Positions 60,314 to 64,000 of a stretch of DNA of 64,000 bases are shown here, one piece after another. The notes under the pieces were generated by a model. That model had not been told where the DNA came from, did not search any database, and saw nothing but the letters and a program-made list of their open reading frames with translations. Position 1 is the stretch's first letter. Each line of letters starts with the position of its first letter. This DNA comes from Caldisericia bacterium (lineage in GTDB: Bacteria > Caldisericota > Caldisericia > JAAYUI01), in assembly GCA_963674785.1 (NCBI GenBank), contig OY771555.1, positions 416,001 to 480,000 of the forward strand, written 5' to 3'. The translations under genes were made by a program, and so were the position numbers.

Positions 60314-61351
60314 GTGTATAAGAAATATAAACCATGGATAATTATCGGAGTCGTAGCCATCATGATTTTGTCAGTTGTAATGATGGTTGTTATCGGTCGA
60401 AACGGAAATGATTATTATGGATATGATTATGATGAGGGATATTCGGATAATGGTTATTATGAAGAGGATGGAGTAAGGGACGAATGGGGAGCTCAACCGG
60501 GAGAAATTAATGATGATATTGAGTCAGCAGCAGGCAGCATGGAAAAAAGAGCCATGAAGGTTGATACAGCCGACATGCTAGCATCAAATAGTCAAGCACC
60601 TGCACCATCAGTGGTTGAATATGACCTTGAAAAGAGACCTGTTTATGCTGGTGAAATAATAGAAATGGTGAAAAAGGATGGCACAATAGTCATTTCTGGT
60701 GAAAAGCCAGTTGATATCTATTCACAAGCAAAACAAAGAGCATTCTCAGTAGGTGGATCAGTTTCAAACTACAACAGTGAAACAAGTACATATAATGGTA
60801 TGAAATATCAAACCATTACCTGCACACTTGTTGTCCCAACTTCCGAATTTTCCCAAGTTTTTGATTACGTTTTGACATTAGGAGAAGAGAAGAATTCAAA
60901 CATTAATGAGGTGAAAGTAACTGAGGAATACTATGGACTCAAAGATGACCTTAACAACAGAAAAAGAGCAATTGCAGAACTTGAAAAAATCTATGCAAAA
61001 GCAAAAAATGTTGAAGATTCATTAAGTGTTTATTACCAGATTCAAGATATTCAAAGAGAGGTTGACAGAATCCAAGGAAAGATGAATTACCTCCAGACTG
61101 TCAGCTCAGAATCAAGAATCCATATGACAATCACCCAGCCTGATGAAGACTCTGTTACACCTCCAACAACAAGCAGATTCATGAGAGGACTACAGAGACT
61201 CTGGAATGATATTCAAGATGGAGTCATCTGGTTAATCGGATTCCTCATCATGTTGGTCTTCATTGGAATAGTTGTATTCCTGCTTGTTCTTCTCGGAATA
61301 TTCATCTACAGAAAAGTAAAATCATCACTTGGGAACAAACAGATAGAATAA
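60314..61351 (+). CDS. DUF4349 domain membrane protein
   Basis: N-terminal TM, 'GGSVSN...LVVPTSEF...VTEEY...EVDRIQGKMNYL...SRIHMTI', C-terminal TM. Confidence 0.8.
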   Translation: MYKKYKPWIIIGVVAIMILSVVMMVVIGRNGNDYYGYDYDEGYSDNGYYEEDGVRDEWGAQPGEINDDIESAAGSMEKRAMKVDTADMLASNSQAPAPSVVEYDLEKRPVYAGEIIEMVKKDGTIVISGEKPVDIYSQAKQRAFSVGGSVSNYNSETSTYNGMKYQTITCTLVVPTSEFSQVFDYVLTLGEEKNSNINEVKVTEEYYGLKDDLNNRKRAIAELEKIYAKAKNVEDSLSVYYQIQDIQREVDRIQGKMNYLQTVSSESRIHMTITQPDEDSVTPPTTSRFMRGLQRLWNDIQDGVIWLIGFLIMLVFIGIVVFLLVLLGIFIYRKVKSSLGNKQIE

Positions 61352-61429
61352 CGTGTAGTAGATATGTTACGAAAGTAACAATTGCAAAAAGTAACGATAA
61401 CTCTCCTTTATCGTGAGTATTTGATCACG

Positions 61430-61466
61430 AGAGACCCTTTGTCAGCCACCAAAGGGTCTCTTTTTT
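61430..61466 (+). terminator. Intrinsic terminator
   Basis: agagaccctttg/caaagggtctct stem followed by a T-run. Confidence 0.85.
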
Positions 61467-61824
61467 ATGTGGTCGATAAAAAATCTCGATTCCGCATCAA
61501 TTCAACAGGTTTTTCCAAATTTGCAATTTTTTTGATTCCTCAAGCAGAAGAGAAGTAACCATAAAGGTTAACAAAGAGATTTCTCTGCTATCCCTTCCAA
61601 GCATATGAAGAATTATTCCCGATAACTAAGACAAACATAAAATTTTTGTAAATTTTTTTTGTATAAAAAATCCGAATCCGAAAAAAGGAATTTTATCACT
61701 GTATACGTACATTATCAACAAAACAAAATAAATATGCATATATGTTTTCAACTGAAAAAAGTTGCAATTATTTAACATACAAGCTAGAATACACTACATC
61801 GTTGTACCTTGGAGGTATATGAAC

Positions 61825-64000
61825 ATGAAAAACGTGATTAAGCTTACGCTTGTTCTTGCCCTAGCTATTTCGGCTTTGTGGTTTGTGCCAGCTGGACAAC
61901 CCGAAAATGTTTCCGCATATTTAGGATGGGTTGGTGCAGATGGATCACCATATTTCGGTGGAACATTACCACAGCCATTTGACATAAATGTAAGTAACGA
62001 TGGTGGAATCTCTGTATCAGGCTTCGATAGAGACCTCGTGCTTGATGCATACAATGATCCACATATTGCATGGTTTAGCAATAGCGCCTCAGGTTCTCAA
62101 GAACTATTTGTCTATTACGTGCATTGGGACGATACACAGCAAACATGGCTCTGTGCAAACGGTGACGATTATGCTGTTACCCCAGGAAGTGCAAGAGTCG
62201 GCACAAGAACCGCTGATGTTGACGATGATTACGCATCACTCTCACTCGCACTCGACAGCAACAGAAGACCACATCTGGCAATAAGTGGTGTTGATAATGG
62301 TGACGGAGATATTGTTTATGTTCGCTGGAATGGAACAGCATGGGTTTCCCTTGATGGAGTAGACTATCTCACAAATCCAGATGCAGCAAACGTAACTGAC
62401 TCAGCTAATTTCACTGGCGGTGGTCAGCCAGTCATGCAGGGAATTGATGCGTTCCCATCACTTGCTCTTGATGCTGAGAACAACCCAAATCTTGCCTGGC
62501 AGCATGATTCAGACGATAACGCCGTAAATCGCAGCTGGGAGATTTATTTCATTCACACAGTACAGAACCAGACAATCTGGAGATCAAGTGGTGCAAACGG
62601 TTTCCAGTTCTGGCTAAAAAGTCATTATGACAAATGCCGTGTGAGCAATAATGATGGCGACTCGATTTACCCATCAATGGTCTTAAGTTTCAATGACCCA
62701 CTTGATACAGCAGGGCTTGGAATGCCACATATCGCTTGGCAGGACGATACCTGGAATGGAAATGAAGAAATTGCTTATCTTCTCTGGCACGGAGACGAAA
62801 ATGGTGGAAATACCTCACCGTGGTATTGTGTTGATGGAAGTGCTTATGACCCATCAATCGCAGTTAACCCTGTAAACGTCAGCAGGAATACAGGAGACTC
62901 CAATAATCCATCACTAGTTGTTGATTCATCAAATAGTCCACTTATTGCATGGGAAGATGAAACAAACGCTGTGAATGGAAATATGGATATTTTCTTCTCC
63001 AGATGGAGCACAACCAACACAGATTGGATTTGTGCTGACGGAACACTCTACAATCCAGTAGCAAATCCAAACCCAGTTAATGTTACCAGAAATGTTGGAG
63101 ATTCAGTTGAGGTCTCACTTGATATGGACTCATCAGAGGAACCACATATTGTATGGTGTGATGATAGCTACACCAGCACATATTCAGATTTCAATTTATT
63201 CTACATGGGTTGGGATGGTTCAAATTGGCTCTATGCTGACACAACCTCCTATGATGAGACAGAGGATCCAAACCATTGTAATGTCAGTGAAAATGATTAT
63301 TTCTCATGGGCACCTTGTCTTGTAATTGATAGTACTGATGTGCCACATATTGCCTGGACAGATGAAACCGGAGCAGGACTTCCTGGTCCATTACCGTTTA
63401 GCACACCAACTGGTGGCGAGTACGAAACCCAGGATTGGAATGATGACTACAGCGGATGGAGCACGAGCGAAGTTTACTATGTTACATGGGAAAACTCATT
63501 TGACGGCGTACTCAGCCTCGAAAAATCTGTTGATTCAGATAATGACGGACTGTTTGATGATGACGGAGAGCTTGTTGTTTCAAATGGAACTCTGACATAT
63601 CAGGTTGATTATGAATATGTTTCTGGCAATGACCCAGTTCTTGACGGATATATCTATGACTCAGTCCCAGATGGTACCTATTACATTGGTGGATCGATGT
63701 CCCCGATATATGAGTACTCAACAGACAACGGAGTAACATGGATTCCAGGTGAAGCACCAGACGGAAGCCCAGGTGGCACAATGTTTAGGTGGGCACTTGA
63801 TACAAATAATGGCTGGAGTCCACTCACAATCCTTTTCTCAGTAAGAATAATCAACCCACCACTGGCATGGGTTTTCTGCAACACTGCGTCTCTTGACCAT
63901 CTCCAGATTGAAGACCCAATGGAATCAAACACTGTCTGCAACACCCTCGATTATCAATTCACAGGCACATTTGAAGTATCAAAAAATGTTGATGTTGACG
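61825..64000 (+). CDS. Large secreted surface protein (repeat propeller + DUF11-like Ig domain), 3'-truncated; absent from the ORF track
   Basis: GGAGG at 61811, MKNVIKLTLVLALAISALWFVPAG signal; LDAYNDPHIAW...YVHWD repeats; LEKSVD...TLTYQVDY...IYDSVPDGTYY. The segments I translated are stop-free through the window end. Confidence 0.8.
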   Translation, partial: MKNVIKLTLVLALAISALWFVPAGQPENVSAYLGWVGADGSPYFGGTLPQPFDINVSNDGGISVSGFDRDLVLDAYNDPHIAWFSNSASGSQELFVYYVHWDDTQQTWLCANGDDYAVTPGSARVGTRTADVDDDYASLSLALDSNRRPHLAISGVDNGDGDIVYVRWNGTAWVSLDGVDYLTNPDAANVTDSANFTGGGQPVMQGIDAFPSLALDAENNPNLAWQHDSDDNAVNRSWEIYFIHTVQNQTIWRSSGANGFQFWLKSHYDKCRVSNNDGDSIYPSMVLSFNDPLDTAGLGMPHIAWQDDTWNGNEEIAYLLWHGDENGGNTSPWYCVDGSAYDPSIAVNPVNVSRNTGDSNNPSLVVDSSNSPLIAWEDETNAVNGNMDIFFSRWSTTNTDWICADGTLYNPVANPNPVNVTRNVGDSVEVSLDMDSSEEPHIVWCDDSYTSTYSDFNLFYMGWDGSNWLYADTTSYDETEDPNHCNVSENDYFSWAPCLVIDSTDVPHIAWTDETGAGLPGPLPFSTPTGGEYETQDWNDDYSGWSTSEVYYVTWENSFDGVLSLEKSVDSDNDGLFDDDGELVVSNGTLTYQVDYEYVSGNDPVLDGYIYDSVPDGTYYIGGSMSPIYEYSTDNGVTWIPGEAPDGSPGGTMFRWALDTNNGWSPLTILFSVRIINPPLAWVFCNTASLDHLQIEDPMESNTVCNTLDYQFTGTFEVSKNVDVD

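Noticed and set aside
61794-63944. Short ORFs listed in the track in this region
   Set aside because: Shadows of a single long plus-strand gene starting at 61825 that has no stop inside the window.

Overview
AT-rich bacterial window from a probable anaerobe. The many secreted beta-propeller proteins and copper-amine-oxidase-N ('stalk') anchor domains suggest a Caldisericia-like lineage (inference only). From left to right: a FecCD-type metal ABC transporter operon with FmdE, flavodoxin and a methyltransferase; a TetR-controlled methyltransferase plus two tandem rifampin-phosphotransferase-like enzymes; a pseudo-CHAP/SH3 membrane protein; rtcB; a compact signalling locus (three V4R-fold proteins, roadblock/LC7, SufS-like desulfurase, MglA-type small GTPase, two DUF4388/PATAN-like proteins); a 16-kb tandem array of eight secreted propeller proteins in two paralog families, four of which share a near-identical C-terminal tag; a stand-alone multi-TM sensor-like protein; further surface proteins; Rrf2-ferredoxin-hcp; katG; a DUF4349 protein; and a large surface protein running off the right edge. 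I saw no rRNA, tRNA, CRISPR array, transposase or integrase. The best candidate for an undescribed system is the V4R x3 / roadblock / small GTPase / DUF4388 module at 21.3-26.7 kb, possibly with a displaced membrane receptor at 43.5-45.1 kb. All family calls come from recognising motifs by eye, not from database searches.
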